A stretch of DNA of 64,000 nucleotides from Candidatus Saccharicenans sp. (GCA_030018265.1 JASEFX010000008.1:13346-77345), one strand, 5' to 3'; shown: positions 53,922 through 63,106, counted from the first letter of the stretch. Program-made: numbers and translations. Notes: a model not told the origin generated them from the sequence alone.

Positions 53922-56081
53922 TTAATCCCTTTCGACGGAATTAACTTCCTTCAGTCGTCCGATCTTTTCCATAATTTTCTGCAGATGGTTGATGTCTTCG
54001 ATCGTTATTTCCAGCGAGATGCAGGCCTGTCCGTCCTGGCTGGTGCTGACTTCTGCTTTTGAAATGTTTCCGTTCTGTTCGGCCACAGACGCGGCCACCC
54101 TGGCTAACACTCCTGGATAATCCTTAGATCTGATAATAAGCCTTGCCTTAAACATTCCTTGAAAAGAAGGATCCCAGCCCACTTCCACCAGACGTTGACT
54201 GTCAAGGATTTCTTTCTGAACCAGGTAACATCGCTGGGCGTGGACGGTCATCCCTTTGCCTGAAGTGAGATATCCAACGACCGGCTCGCCTTTTATCGGC
54301 GAGCAGCAGCGAGCCAGTGAGATCATCTGTTCGTCCAGATCTTTGATCATCAGTCCCGGGGACTGGCTGCGCCCGGAGAATCTTTCCACCACCCTGGTGA
54401 GTAGCCCTCCGGCAGAGGCTCTCTCCACCAGCGGACTTGAAGTCAGCTTTTCCAGGAGTTTTCGGTCAATCACAATTTTTCCGAGACCGACCAGGAGAAA
54501 AAAATCTTCCAGGCTGTTCAGGCGCATGCTCAGAGCTTCTGACAGCTTTTTTCTGAGTGTCTCTTCAGAGCGCAGGTCAGGAGGAAGCGTCAGCCTTTTG
54601 CTTTCTTTCTCCCAGAGACGACGCCCGAGCTCGATCGCTCTTTTCCGGGTTTTCAGGTTGAGAAATTTTTTTATCTGCTGGCGAGCGGAGGCCGTCACCA
54701 CCCAGTTCAGCCAGCTCCGGTGCGGGGTTCTGTCTGGCGAGGTTATTATTTCGACAATATCTCCGGTTTTGAGCGGTGTTTTCAGGGGCATCAGCTGACC
54801 GTTGATTCTGGCCTCGCTGGCTTTGAGCCCGATTTCCGAATGGATCTTGAAGGCGAAATCGAGGGCGGTGGCACCCGGAGGAAGCGTGATCACCTTGCCC
54901 TTCGGCGTGAAGGCATAAATTTCTTCAGGTATAAGGTTGATTTTCAAGTTTTTCAGAAATTCCTTCGGGTTTTTCTGCTCGCTGAACAGAGCGGCAATTT
55001 CCCTGAGCCACTGCAGGCGCTGATCTTCCGCGGTCAGGCCGGTCGGGGCTCCTTCTTTGTATTTCCAGTGAGCGGCGATACCGTTTTCTGCCAGTTCATG
55101 CATTTCCCGGGTGCGAATCTGAATTTCAAAAGTCTGCTTGTTTTCAGTAATGATGGTGGTATGGAGCGACTGATACAGGTTCGGCTTCGGCATCGCGATG
55201 AAGTCCCGAAATCTCTGCGGCAGGTGAGGCCAGCGCTGGTGAATGATCCCCAGGATGGCGTAACAGTTTTTAACCGAATCGGTGATTATGCGGAGAGCCA
55301 GAAAGTCATAAACCTGGTCGAAGTCGATCCCTTTTTTCATCATCTTCGAGTAGATGCTGTAAAGTCTTTTTATCCGGAACTGGATTTCTGCCGGTATGCC
55401 GTTTTCTTTCAGCAGCTGTTCTATGGTTTTTTTCAGCTTTTTCAATTCTTTTTCGCCTTTTTTTAGTTCCGGTTCGACCAGCGCCACCATCCTGAAATAT
55501 TCGTCCGGGTCAACATAGCGGAAGGCCAGGTCTTCCAGCTCGGCCCGGATGCGACCCATGCCCAGACGGTTGGCGATCGGAGCGTAAATTTCCAGCGTCT
55601 CCCTGGCGATGCGCTTCTGTTTCTCCTCCGGGAGGAAATGAAGCGTTTTCAGGTTATGCCAGCGGTCTGCCAGTTTGATAAAGATCACCCGCAGGTCATC
55701 GGTCATCGCCAGAATAATTTTCCTGATGGTCTCAGCCCTGGTGTCTTCCGGGGATGAATCCTCGACCCGGCTGATCTTGGTCACCCCTTCCACCAGGGTG
55801 GCCACTTCCCGGCCGAAATTTTCTCTGATTTCTGCCGGGGTGACCTCGGTGTCTTCGAGCACATCGTGCAGCAGCCCGGCCACCAGGGTGGTCAGGTCCA
55901 GGTTCATCTCCGCCAGAATGTTCGTGACTTCCAGCGGGTGGCTCATGTACGGCTCGCCCGAGCGGCGGGTCTGTCCTCTGTGGGCTTTTGCCGCAAAAAC
56001 GTAGGCTTTCTGCAGTATCCTCAGGTCTTTTTCGGAATACTTCCCCGAAATCTTTTCTACGATGTCGTCAAACCTGATCAT
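53922..56081 (-). CDS. relA: Bifunctional (p)ppGpp synthetase/hydrolase RelA/SpoT (Rel)
   Basis: 719 aa. HD hydrolase motif (HPLEV...LLHDVLEDT), a RelA_SpoT synthetase domain, TGS (FTPKGKVITLPPGATALDFA) and a C-terminal ACT domain. Confidence 0.95.
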   Translation of the reverse strand: MIRFDDIVEKISGKYSEKDLRILQKAYVFAAKAHRGQTRRSGEPYMSHPLEVTNILAEMNLDLTTLVAGLLHDVLEDTEVTPAEIRENFGREVATLVEGVTKISRVEDSSPEDTRAETIRKIILAMTDDLRVIFIKLADRWHNLKTLHFLPEEKQKRIARETLEIYAPIANRLGMGRIRAELEDLAFRYVDPDEYFRMVALVEPELKKGEKELKKLKKTIEQLLKENGIPAEIQFRIKRLYSIYSKMMKKGIDFDQVYDFLALRIITDSVKNCYAILGIIHQRWPHLPQRFRDFIAMPKPNLYQSLHTTIITENKQTFEIQIRTREMHELAENGIAAHWKYKEGAPTGLTAEDQRLQWLREIAALFSEQKNPKEFLKNLKINLIPEEIYAFTPKGKVITLPPGATALDFAFKIHSEIGLKASEARINGQLMPLKTPLKTGDIVEIITSPDRTPHRSWLNWVVTASARQQIKKFLNLKTRKRAIELGRRLWEKESKRLTLPPDLRSEETLRKKLSEALSMRLNSLEDFFLLVGLGKIVIDRKLLEKLTSSPLVERASAGGLLTRVVERFSGRSQSPGLMIKDLDEQMISLARCCSPIKGEPVVGYLTSGKGMTVHAQRCYLVQKEILDSQRLVEVGWDPSFQGMFKARLIIRSKDYPGVLARVAASVAEQNGNISKAEVSTSQDGQACISLEITIEDINHLQKIMEKIGRLKEVNSVERD

Positions 56082-56111
56082 CGATGCGACTCTGTCCGCT
56101 CATCGGAATTT

Positions 56112-57116
56112 TTATGAGGGCAGAAAAGTTAATATGACGTCCAGGACTTCTTCCACCTCGATGCTGTTCAGACAGCGGTGGTCGTAGGGACAGGCTCGGT
56201 AACTGCAGGGAGAACAGGGAACAATTTTTTTAAGGGCAACTGAGGGGGCCTGTGAGGGCCCTGAAAGATGCGGGTCTGTCGGTCCGTAAAGGCCGACCAC
56301 CGGGGTGCCGAGGAAGTTTGCCAGATGAGTAAGTCCGCTGTCGTTCCCCACATACACTTTTGAAGAGGCTATGACTCCGGCAGTTTCTTCAAGAGAAAGA
56401 CTGCCGGCCAGGTCGGCCACGCGGCCATCAGCCGAAGCTTTGAGGATGCGGCTTAATGACTGGCTGGCGGGCGAGCCTATCAGCGCAACCTGAAGGTCTT
56501 TCTCCAGCAGTTTCTTTATGAGTTCCTCCTGCCGGGTTACAGGCCAGACCCGGGCGGCACCAAAACTTGAGCCGGGCTTGAGGGTTATGGCAGGTCGCGT
56601 CGGGTCCAGTCCCGCCTGCTTTAGATTCTCAACTCCGAGCTCGATGTATCTCTCCGGAAGTTTTAGAAAAAAAGGCTGTTCATCTACCTGCAGGCCAAGT
56701 TTCTGGAGCAGATGGAGGTAATGATCTTTTATATGCCGCCTGGGGTCGGTGGCTTTCAGGCGCAATTTTCTGGTCAGCATGAAACCGCGACCTTCGCGGT
56801 CATAACCCCAGCGCTGGGGTATTCTGGCCAGATAGAAAAGCAGGGCTGAGGCGAAAGATTCGTCCAGCAACAATCCAAGGTCGAAATTCATCTTCTTAAG
56901 CCTGGAGGAGGTTCTTTTCAGGGAGGCGATATCCTTAAGGTCAGGCAGGCTTATTACTTCAAATCCGGGAAGGATGTTCTGAAGAAAAGCGGCAAATCTG
57001 GAAGAGCCCAACAGGCTTATTTCGGCTGTCGGAAAATTCTGCTGAAGAGTTCGGACGGTCGGAAGCGATAGAAATGAACCCCCCAGGGTTGCGGGAAGAT
57101 AAACAGCAATTTTCAT
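56112..57116 (-). CDS. Glycosyltransferase family 9 (LPS heptosyltransferase-like)
   Basis: 334 aa. Typical GT9 C-terminal pattern VGNDSGLTHLANFLGTPVVGLYGPT. Confidence 0.8.
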   Translation of the reverse strand: MKIAVYLPATLGGSFLSLPTVRTLQQNFPTAEISLLGSSRFAAFLQNILPGFEVISLPDLKDIASLKRTSSRLKKMNFDLGLLLDESFASALLFYLARIPQRWGYDREGRGFMLTRKLRLKATDPRRHIKDHYLHLLQKLGLQVDEQPFFLKLPERYIELGVENLKQAGLDPTRPAITLKPGSSFGAARVWPVTRQEELIKKLLEKDLQVALIGSPASQSLSRILKASADGRVADLAGSLSLEETAGVIASSKVYVGNDSGLTHLANFLGTPVVGLYGPTDPHLSGPSQAPSVALKKIVPCSPCSYRACPYDHRCLNSIEVEEVLDVILTFLPS

Positions 57117-57155
57117 CGATTTATTTCCACCAGGGGTTTATGCAGATGACAAATC

Positions 57156-57449
57156 TTATGTCCCTGACGCAGGTTTGGTTGAAGAGGAGGCAGGCTGCCC
57201 GGCCGGCTTCGTCTTCTCCTCTTCAGGTCGCTTCTGTCCCCCGTTACGGCCGTTGCCACCGGGAGAATTTTTGAGAGCATAATCGGTTATGTACCAGCCG
57301 CTTCCCTTGAATTGAATGGCCGGGGAAGAAATCAGCCGGCGCAGAGAGCCGCCGCATTCAGGGCAGACGGTAAGCGGCTCGTCGCTTACTTTTTGCAAAA
57401 CTTCAAATTCCTTCTGGCAATTGGCGCAACGATATTCATAAAGTGGCAT
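57156..57449 (-). CDS. FmdB-family zinc-ribbon protein
   Basis: 97 aa. MPLYEYRCANCQKEFEVLQKVSDEPLTVCPECGG (CxxC...CxxC) with a low-complexity tail. Confidence 0.85.
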   Translation of the reverse strand: MPLYEYRCANCQKEFEVLQKVSDEPLTVCPECGGSLRRLISSPAIQFKGSGWYITDYALKNSPGGNGRNGGQKRPEEEKTKPAGQPASSSTKPASGT

Positions 57450-57596
57450 AATCTCTCTCCTCAGTGATAATCACCTCAGCTTCAATGCTTCTAATTATTA
57501 TAGCAGAAAAAACAACCAGCAGTAACAGACCTGTAGTTCAGGACATAAAGGCAATTTCTACCTTCCTGTACCCCCCTTTTTATGGTTCAACTGTTT

Positions 57597-57731
57597 TCAA
57601 AATTCTCTCTCGGAGTCGTCCTGGAACTTGGGGATACGAGCCTTTTCTTTCTCTCTGCCAAAGTGAAATCCAAGAAGGAAGGTGGAAAATATCCCTCCGA
57701 CTAACAGTAAGAACTTTAACAGTTTTTTCAT
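57597..57731 (-). CDS. Possible 44-aa single-TM small protein
   Basis: Hand translation gives MKKLLKFLLLVGGIFSTFLLGFHFGREKEKARIPKFQDDSEREF*. It has a signal/TM-like N-terminus but no clear SD. It lies in an otherwise empty 575-nt intergenic region. Confidence 0.3.
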   Translation of the reverse strand: MKKLLKFLLLVGGIFSTFLLGFHFGREKEKARIPKFQDDSEREF

Positions 57732-58025
57732 GGTCGTCTGTTCTAAGTAAATTTTTTATCAAATTCGTTTAATTGTCAACAGCAAGCGGCACGATGCTGA
57801 AAAAATTTTTGCGCTTGCCTCTAGCCTTCCGCCTTCAACCGGGCACGATATCCATCTTTTTCCGCTTGAGGTAATTTCTCATCCCGCCTGTCCCGTGAAG
57901 CGAAAGAAGCGTAAGAAAAAGTCACCGTCCTTGGCTCCGGTTGTCCTGTCGAATTCTTGTGGTTAAAAAAGAGAGGCAGTTTGCTGAGCGGGGGTTAAAA
58001 GATTAAAATTAAAACGGAGGCCGGG

Positions 58026-59471
58026 ATGAGAAAGAAAAGAACCCCGGGGATAACTTTCGGGCTTTTGCTTTTCTGCTGGCTCCTGGTCCCGGGATTAGCT
58101 CAGGGTATAAGAAAGCCTTTCTGGGCTGGTCAGTTTTATGAAGCTGACCCGGAGAGATTGAATCATACCCTGGAGGTTTTCCTGCAAAGCGCTGAGGTCA
58201 GACGCCTCCCGGGAAATGTAATCGGGTTGATCGTCCCGCACGCCGGTTACGTTTATTCAGGGAGGCTGGCGGCGCTTGCCTACAGACAGGTCCAGGATAT
58301 TAATTTTGAGTCGGTGGTCATCATCGGTCCCTCTCATCAATTTGCTTTTGAAGGATGTTCGGTCTATCTCCGGGGTGGATTCGAAAGCCCGCTGGGTATT
58401 GCCCGGGTGGATGAAAATTTAGCCCGGGAGATAGCGCGCGCTTCCGGATTCGGCTTCATACCGGAAGCTCATCAGAAGGAACATTCGGTAGAAGTGCAGG
58501 TGCCCTTTATCCAGAAAGTTTTCCCGGAGGCCCGGATTGTGCCGATTGTCATGGGGGACCAGACCGAGCGGACGGTGAAGGTACTGGCTGATGCTTTAAC
58601 CAGGGCACTGAAGGGGAAAAAAGTTCTGATGATAGCCTCGACCGACCTGTCGCACTTTCTGGAACGTTTCAGAGCCAACGAGGTTGACAGCAGAACAATT
58701 GAACTTATCAAAAAGTTCGAGCTGAGCACGCTGATGAAAAAAGTGGAAAGACATGAAAACATCATGTGCGGCGGTGGTCCGGTGCTGGCGGTTCTCCATT
58801 ATGCCCGGAAACTCGGTTCCTCCCGGGTTGCAGTGCTTGGCTATTCAGATTCAGCCGCAGCTGGCGGACCGGCAGATCGCGTGGTCGGCTATCTGGCGGC
58901 GGCGGTGTGTGTTGAAACAAAGGGAGGACCGTTAAAACTTAATGAAGAAGAGAAGAAAGAACTGCTGGCGCTCACCCGGCTGGCTGTTGAAACCTACCTG
59001 GACTCCGGACGGCTTCCGGAGTATCACCTTCAACATGAAAGCCTGAAAATTCCGGCTGGAGCGTTTGTCACGCTGAAGAAAGACGGAGAACTCCGCGGCT
59101 GCATCGGTTTCTTTGAACCGGTCTTTCCTCTCTGGGAAACTGTGGTCAGGGCAGCTGTACTGGCGGCTACCGAGGACCCGAGGTTCCCGCCGCTGAAAAA
59201 ACAGGAGCTGAGCAGGATTAAACTGGAAATTTCCTTTTTGGGGCCGCTCGAGCCGGTGGGCAGCGTTTCAGAAATACAGGTTGGACGCCACGGACTTTTA
59301 ATTAGAGAAAGCGGGAGGAGCGGACTGTTGCTGCCGCAGGTACCCGTGGAACAGGGATGGGATCGGCAAACTTTTCTAAGGGAGCTTTGCCGCAAGGCCG
59401 GTCTTCCCGATAATGCTTGGCGCAAATCGAAGGGTCTTTATAAGTTTGAAGCTCTCGTGTTTCATGAATGA
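58026..59471 (+). CDS. Memo-like (AmmeMemoRadiSam protein B) + AMMECR1 (protein A) fusion with an N-terminal signal peptide
   Basis: 481 aa. SD GGAGG. Signal-like MRKKRTPGITFGLLLFCWLLVPGLAQG. Memo motifs VPHAGYVYSG, HSVEVQVPF, STDLSH and MCGGGP. AMMECR1 motif GELRGCIGF. Confidence 0.85.
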   Translation: MRKKRTPGITFGLLLFCWLLVPGLAQGIRKPFWAGQFYEADPERLNHTLEVFLQSAEVRRLPGNVIGLIVPHAGYVYSGRLAALAYRQVQDINFESVVIIGPSHQFAFEGCSVYLRGGFESPLGIARVDENLAREIARASGFGFIPEAHQKEHSVEVQVPFIQKVFPEARIVPIVMGDQTERTVKVLADALTRALKGKKVLMIASTDLSHFLERFRANEVDSRTIELIKKFELSTLMKKVERHENIMCGGGPVLAVLHYARKLGSSRVAVLGYSDSAAAGGPADRVVGYLAAAVCVETKGGPLKLNEEEKKELLALTRLAVETYLDSGRLPEYHLQHESLKIPAGAFVTLKKDGELRGCIGFFEPVFPLWETVVRAAVLAATEDPRFPPLKKQELSRIKLEISFLGPLEPVGSVSEIQVGRHGLLIRESGRSGLLLPQVPVEQGWDRQTFLRELCRKAGLPDNAWRKSKGLYKFEALVFHE

Positions 59472-59535
59472 CCGGGTGACCGGGCCGGTTGCTAAACAGA
59501 AGACCTGAACTTATAATTATGGTTGGAAGGCCAAA

Positions 59536-59796
59536 ATGAGCTGGACGATTTATGGAATACTGATTATCTTCGGTCTTTTTGTCATTCTGATGATCATCAA
59601 CCCGAATCTGTCCTGCTTTGGCAGGAGAATTCGCTCTCCGTTTTATCCGGTGACCCGAAAAAGGAAAAAGATGCGGGTAACTACCACCGATTACAAATTT
59701 GATCTGGGTTCGACAGGAGCATCCGGGCAGAAGCCGTCAGGAGAGGATGGAAAGAAGAAGCCAGAAACCGAGGACTACGGTTTCAAGCTCGATTGA
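59536..59796 (+). CDS. Small single-TM hypothetical protein
   Basis: 86 aa. N-terminal TM (IYGILIIFGLFVILMII), a basic stretch, then the repeated motifs DYKFDLG and DYGFKLD. Confidence 0.45.
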   Translation: MSWTIYGILIIFGLFVILMIINPNLSCFGRRIRSPFYPVTRKRKKMRVTTTDYKFDLGSTGASGQKPSGEDGKKKPETEDYGFKLD

Positions 59797-60521
59797 TAAA
59801 GTCCACAGGCAGCGTCATCGTGAAAAGAGAAAGAAGGGGGCGGGGGAAGAGAATCGGACCGAAGGTAGGGCCGGGATGGCTGCTATTATTGCTTTTTAGC
59901 TTTATAGCTGCGGCCTGCCGCACAGCGCCGCCTGTAATTGTCCCCCCGGATTCTATAGAACGACTGGAAGCAGAAGCCTCATTCCAGTTGAGCGGTCCTG
60001 AAGGAAATTTTAGATTCCGGGGGCGGCTTTATGGAGCTTTCCCCGATAAGCTCCGGCTGGAGTTATTCGACCCGCTCGGGCGTCTTCAAAGCATCGTCTG
60101 GATTGATAGCGGGACGGCCCTGGTTTATGTGCCCCGGGAAAAGACTTTCTGGAGCGGAGATAGCAGGGTGATCACCTCAGAAGTATTCGGACAGGAACTC
60201 AACTCCCGCGAGCTCTCGCTGGTTTTATCCGGCCGCTGGGCTGAGCTTGAGGTCGCGGGAGGGTGGGCTCTCGAATTTGATCGCTCCAGCCAGATTATGA
60301 CAGGGCAAAGGGATGGTCTCAGGTTTGAAGTCAAAGAGCGGTATGCTCCCGGTCCTGTTCCAAAAATCATTTTTTTTGTTTGCGGTGAATACCGGGTAAA
60401 AGTTCGTTTGCAGAAAATTGCTTTTAACCGGAATTTCAACTTTTCTTTGCTGGACCCTTCGATTCCGGTGGGGACCAGGAGAGTCGAATGGGCGGAGATT
60501 GCGGGCAGATGGAAAAGCTGA
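59793..60521 (+). CDS. LolB-like outer-membrane lipoprotein (DUF4292/LolB fold candidate)
   Basis: 242 aa, or about 233 aa from the GTG at 59820. Signal peptide with a lipobox-like FIAAAC. Its position immediately upstream of ispE-prs mirrors the E. coli lolB-ispE-prs order. Confidence 0.55.
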   Translation: MIKSTGSVIVKRERRGRGKRIGPKVGPGWLLLLLFSFIAAACRTAPPVIVPPDSIERLEAEASFQLSGPEGNFRFRGRLYGAFPDKLRLELFDPLGRLQSIVWIDSGTALVYVPREKTFWSGDSRVITSEVFGQELNSRELSLVLSGRWAELEVAGGWALEFDRSSQIMTGQRDGLRFEVKERYAPGPVPKIIFFVCGEYRVKVRLQKIAFNRNFNFSLLDPSIPVGTRRVEWAEIAGRWKS

Positions 60522-61414
60522 CGCTCTGTTCTTTTGCCAAGATAAACCTGGGACTCGAAGTCGGCGGTCTGAGAGAGGACGGGTACCATCAGCTGATAAC
60601 CCTGTTTCAGACAATTGATATAAAAGATTGGCTCACTTTTCACCCAAGAAATGATGATCGAATCGTGCTTTACGGCAACAGAAGCGATGTTCCCTGGGAT
60701 GAAAACAATCTGATTTACCGCAGCGCCCGTCTTCTCCGGGAGATAGCCGGCAGCACCCCGGGAGTTACGATAACCGTAGAAAAGAACATTCCACCCGGAA
60801 GCGGGCTGGCTGGAGGAAGCAGCAACGCCGCTGTCACCCTGCTGGGTTTGTGCCGTCTCTGGGGTCTCCGGTTAACCAGGGAGGAATTGAAAAAACTGGC
60901 CGCTTCGATTGGGGCTGATGTGCCTTTTTTCCTCCACGGGGGATTGTGTCTGGGGAGGGGAAAAGGAGAAGACCTGCTCGAAGTGGCCGAGCTGCCCCCG
61001 GCCTGGGTCGTGGTCGTTATGCCCGGGTTCCCTGTTTCCACCTCTGCGGTCTACCGGGAACTCGACCGCCGGCGGGCAACCTTGACTTCAAACCTTAAAG
61101 CAAGTAAAATTATTCAGTTTTTAGAACAAAGAAATACATCCATTTTCAAGTATTTAGAAAACGATTTAGAAGCAATAGTTTTTGAAATTTATCCCCGGCT
61201 GGCTGAGATTAAAAAGGAACTTGCGGGGGCGGGAGCGGAACTCTCGCTTATGAGCGGTTCAGGCTCAGCGATATTTGGCTGGTTCGCAGACAGATGGCTG
61301 GCCAGCCAGGCGGCGAAGAAATTAGAATTAGAGTATGAAGTCCTGGTGGCTGAAACAGTCGGACGTGAAAGATACTGGAGAGAACTTCACACTGGGGCGT
61401 CGCCAAACTGGTAA
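60509..61414 (+). CDS. ispE: 4-diphosphocytidyl-2-C-methyl-D-erythritol kinase
   Basis: About 301 aa from MEKLTLCSFAKINLGLEV (the ORF opens at 60488). GHMP kinase motif PPGSGLAGGSSNAAV. The last 22 nt overlap tRNA-Gln. Confidence 0.92.
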   Translation: MEKLTLCSFAKINLGLEVGGLREDGYHQLITLFQTIDIKDWLTFHPRNDDRIVLYGNRSDVPWDENNLIYRSARLLREIAGSTPGVTITVEKNIPPGSGLAGGSSNAAVTLLGLCRLWGLRLTREELKKLAASIGADVPFFLHGGLCLGRGKGEDLLEVAELPPAWVVVVMPGFPVSTSAVYRELDRRRATLTSNLKASKIIQFLEQRNTSIFKYLENDLEAIVFEIYPRLAEIKKELAGAGAELSLMSGSGSAIFGWFADRWLASQAAKKLELEYEVLVAETVGRERYWRELHTGASPNW

Positions 61415-61465
61415 GGCAACGGACTTTGGATCCGTCATCTGGAGGTTCGAGTCCTCCCGCCCCAG
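61393..61465 (+). tRNA. tRNA-Gln (anticodon UUG)
   Basis: 73 nt folded by hand: acceptor TGGGGCG/CGCCCCA, D arm GCC-AAACTGGTAA-GGC, anticodon arm ACGGA-CTTTGGA-TCCGT, T arm GGAGG-TTCGAGT-CCTCC, discriminator G. Closely resembles E. coli tRNA-Gln. CCA is not encoded. Confidence 0.93.
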
Positions 61466-61496
61466 CTATGTTAAGGCCGCTGAAAGGAATTGAGGC

Positions 61497-62426
61497 ATGA
61501 AAGTATTTTCAGGTTCTTCGAATCCAGAGCTGGCGCAGAAAATTGCCAGTTACCTGAAGATTGAACTCGGCCGGTGTGTGCTGACCAGATTTGCCGACGG
61601 GGAAATCCGCTTTTACATCGATGAAAACGTTCGGGGAGAGGATGTGTTTGTAGTGCAGTCCGGCGCTCCCGACGGCAATTTTCATCTCATGGAATTGTTT
61701 GTGATGCTGGACGCCTTCAAGCGGGCTTCTGCCGGGAGGATTACCGCGGTGATTCCTTATTTTGCTTATGCCCGGCAGGACTGGAAAGATCGGCCGAGGG
61801 TTCCGATTTCCGCCAGGCTGATGGCTGACCTGCTGGAAACCGCTGGCGCCAACCGGGTACTGACGATGGACCTCCATTCGCCCCAGATTCAGGGATTCTT
61901 TTCTATCCCGGTGGACAATCTTATGGCCGCTCCGGTTATAGCCGCTCACATCAGAAAGCTGAGCCTGGAAAACCTGACGATCGTCTCTCCCGATGCTGGC
62001 GGCGTGGCCCGGGCGAGGGTATTTGCCAAGAGACTCGATGCCCCGCTGGCTATCATCGATAAAAGACGGCCGGCTCCGAATGTCGCTCAGGTGCTTCATG
62101 TCATCGGTGACGTCAGGGACCAGAATGTGGTGCTTTTTGACGACATGGTGGATACCGCCGGGACTCTGACTCTTGGTGTGGAGGCGCTGAAGGAAGCGGG
62201 GGCAAAAAGAATTTTTGCTGCCTGCACCCATCCGGTGCTTTCGGGTCCGGCGGTGGAGAGAATCGAAAACTCTGCCCTGGAAAAAGTTTTTGTCACCGAT
62301 ACCATCAGGTTGAACGATAAGACCAGCAACAGCGATCGGTTTGAAGTGCTATCTGTGGCTGAGCTTTTTGGCGAAGCCATTAAGAGAATAAATGAGGGAA
62401 GCTCAGTGAGCTCTCTTTTTATCTGA
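61497..62426 (+). CDS. prs: Ribose-phosphate pyrophosphokinase
   Basis: 309 aa. Motifs DLHSPQIQGFF, VSPDAGGVARA and DDMVDTAGT. Confidence 0.95.
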   Translation: MKVFSGSSNPELAQKIASYLKIELGRCVLTRFADGEIRFYIDENVRGEDVFVVQSGAPDGNFHLMELFVMLDAFKRASAGRITAVIPYFAYARQDWKDRPRVPISARLMADLLETAGANRVLTMDLHSPQIQGFFSIPVDNLMAAPVIAAHIRKLSLENLTIVSPDAGGVARARVFAKRLDAPLAIIDKRRPAPNVAQVLHVIGDVRDQNVVLFDDMVDTAGTLTLGVEALKEAGAKRIFAACTHPVLSGPAVERIENSALEKVFVTDTIRLNDKTSNSDRFEVLSVAELFGEAIKRINEGSSVSSLFI

Positions 62427-62437
62427 GGAGGATACAC

Positions 62438-63103
62438 ATGACACTGGTTATCAAGGCTGAGAAAAGAACCGAGCTCGGGAAAAACGCATCCGGGAGGCTC
62501 AGACGGAAGGGACTCGTCCCGGCCATCCTCTACGGCGAATCGGTGGAAAACATTCCGCTGATTCTGCAAAAGAAGGATGTTATCGAAATATTAAAATCGG
62601 AAACGGGAGAAAACACCATTTTCCGCGTGGCCTTCGATTCCGGCGAAACCGACGTAATGATCAAGGAAGTTCAGATTCATCCGGTTACCGACGAGCTGCT
62701 GCACGTGGACCTGATCCGGATTTCCATGGACAAGCCGGTCAGAGTTTCTGTTCCGGTGGAACTCGTGGGCGAACCGGTCGGAGTTAAGTCTGAGGGTGGA
62801 GTGGTTGACTTCCTGCTGAGAGAACTTGAAATTGAATGTCTCCCCCGCGACATTCCTGAAGCGATCACCATCGACATCAGCCATCTGCACATTCATCAAT
62901 CTTTCAAGGTGATGAACCTGGAGCTCCCGCCAGGTATCAAAGTGCTCCATGAGCCGCAGGCAGCGATCGTGGTCATAAGCAGTGTGGCTGAAGAGGCGGC
63001 CCCGGGTACGGCTGAAGGCACGGTGGAGGAAGCCGCAGAAATTAAAGAGCCGGAAGTTATCAGGAAAGAGCGCAAGAAAGAAGAGGAAGAAACCGGAGAA
63101 TAG
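62438..63103 (+). CDS. rplY: 50S ribosomal protein L25 / general stress protein Ctc (long form)
   Basis: 221 aa. N-terminal RTELGKNASGRLRRKGLVPAILYG and an acidic C-terminal extension. Confidence 0.9.
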   Translation: MTLVIKAEKRTELGKNASGRLRRKGLVPAILYGESVENIPLILQKKDVIEILKSETGENTIFRVAFDSGETDVMIKEVQIHPVTDELLHVDLIRISMDKPVRVSVPVELVGEPVGVKSEGGVVDFLLRELEIECLPRDIPEAITIDISHLHIHQSFKVMNLELPPGIKVLHEPQAAIVVISSVAEEAAPGTAEGTVEEAAEIKEPEVIRKERKKEEEETGE

Positions 63104-63106
63104 TGA

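Noticed and set aside
57464-57772. 102-aa + strand ORF and the 60-aa minus-strand ORF (57580-57762).
   Set aside because: They have implausible compositions, mutually overlapping frames and no SD. Only the shorter 44-aa TM peptide frame (57597-57731) seemed worth listing, at low confidence.
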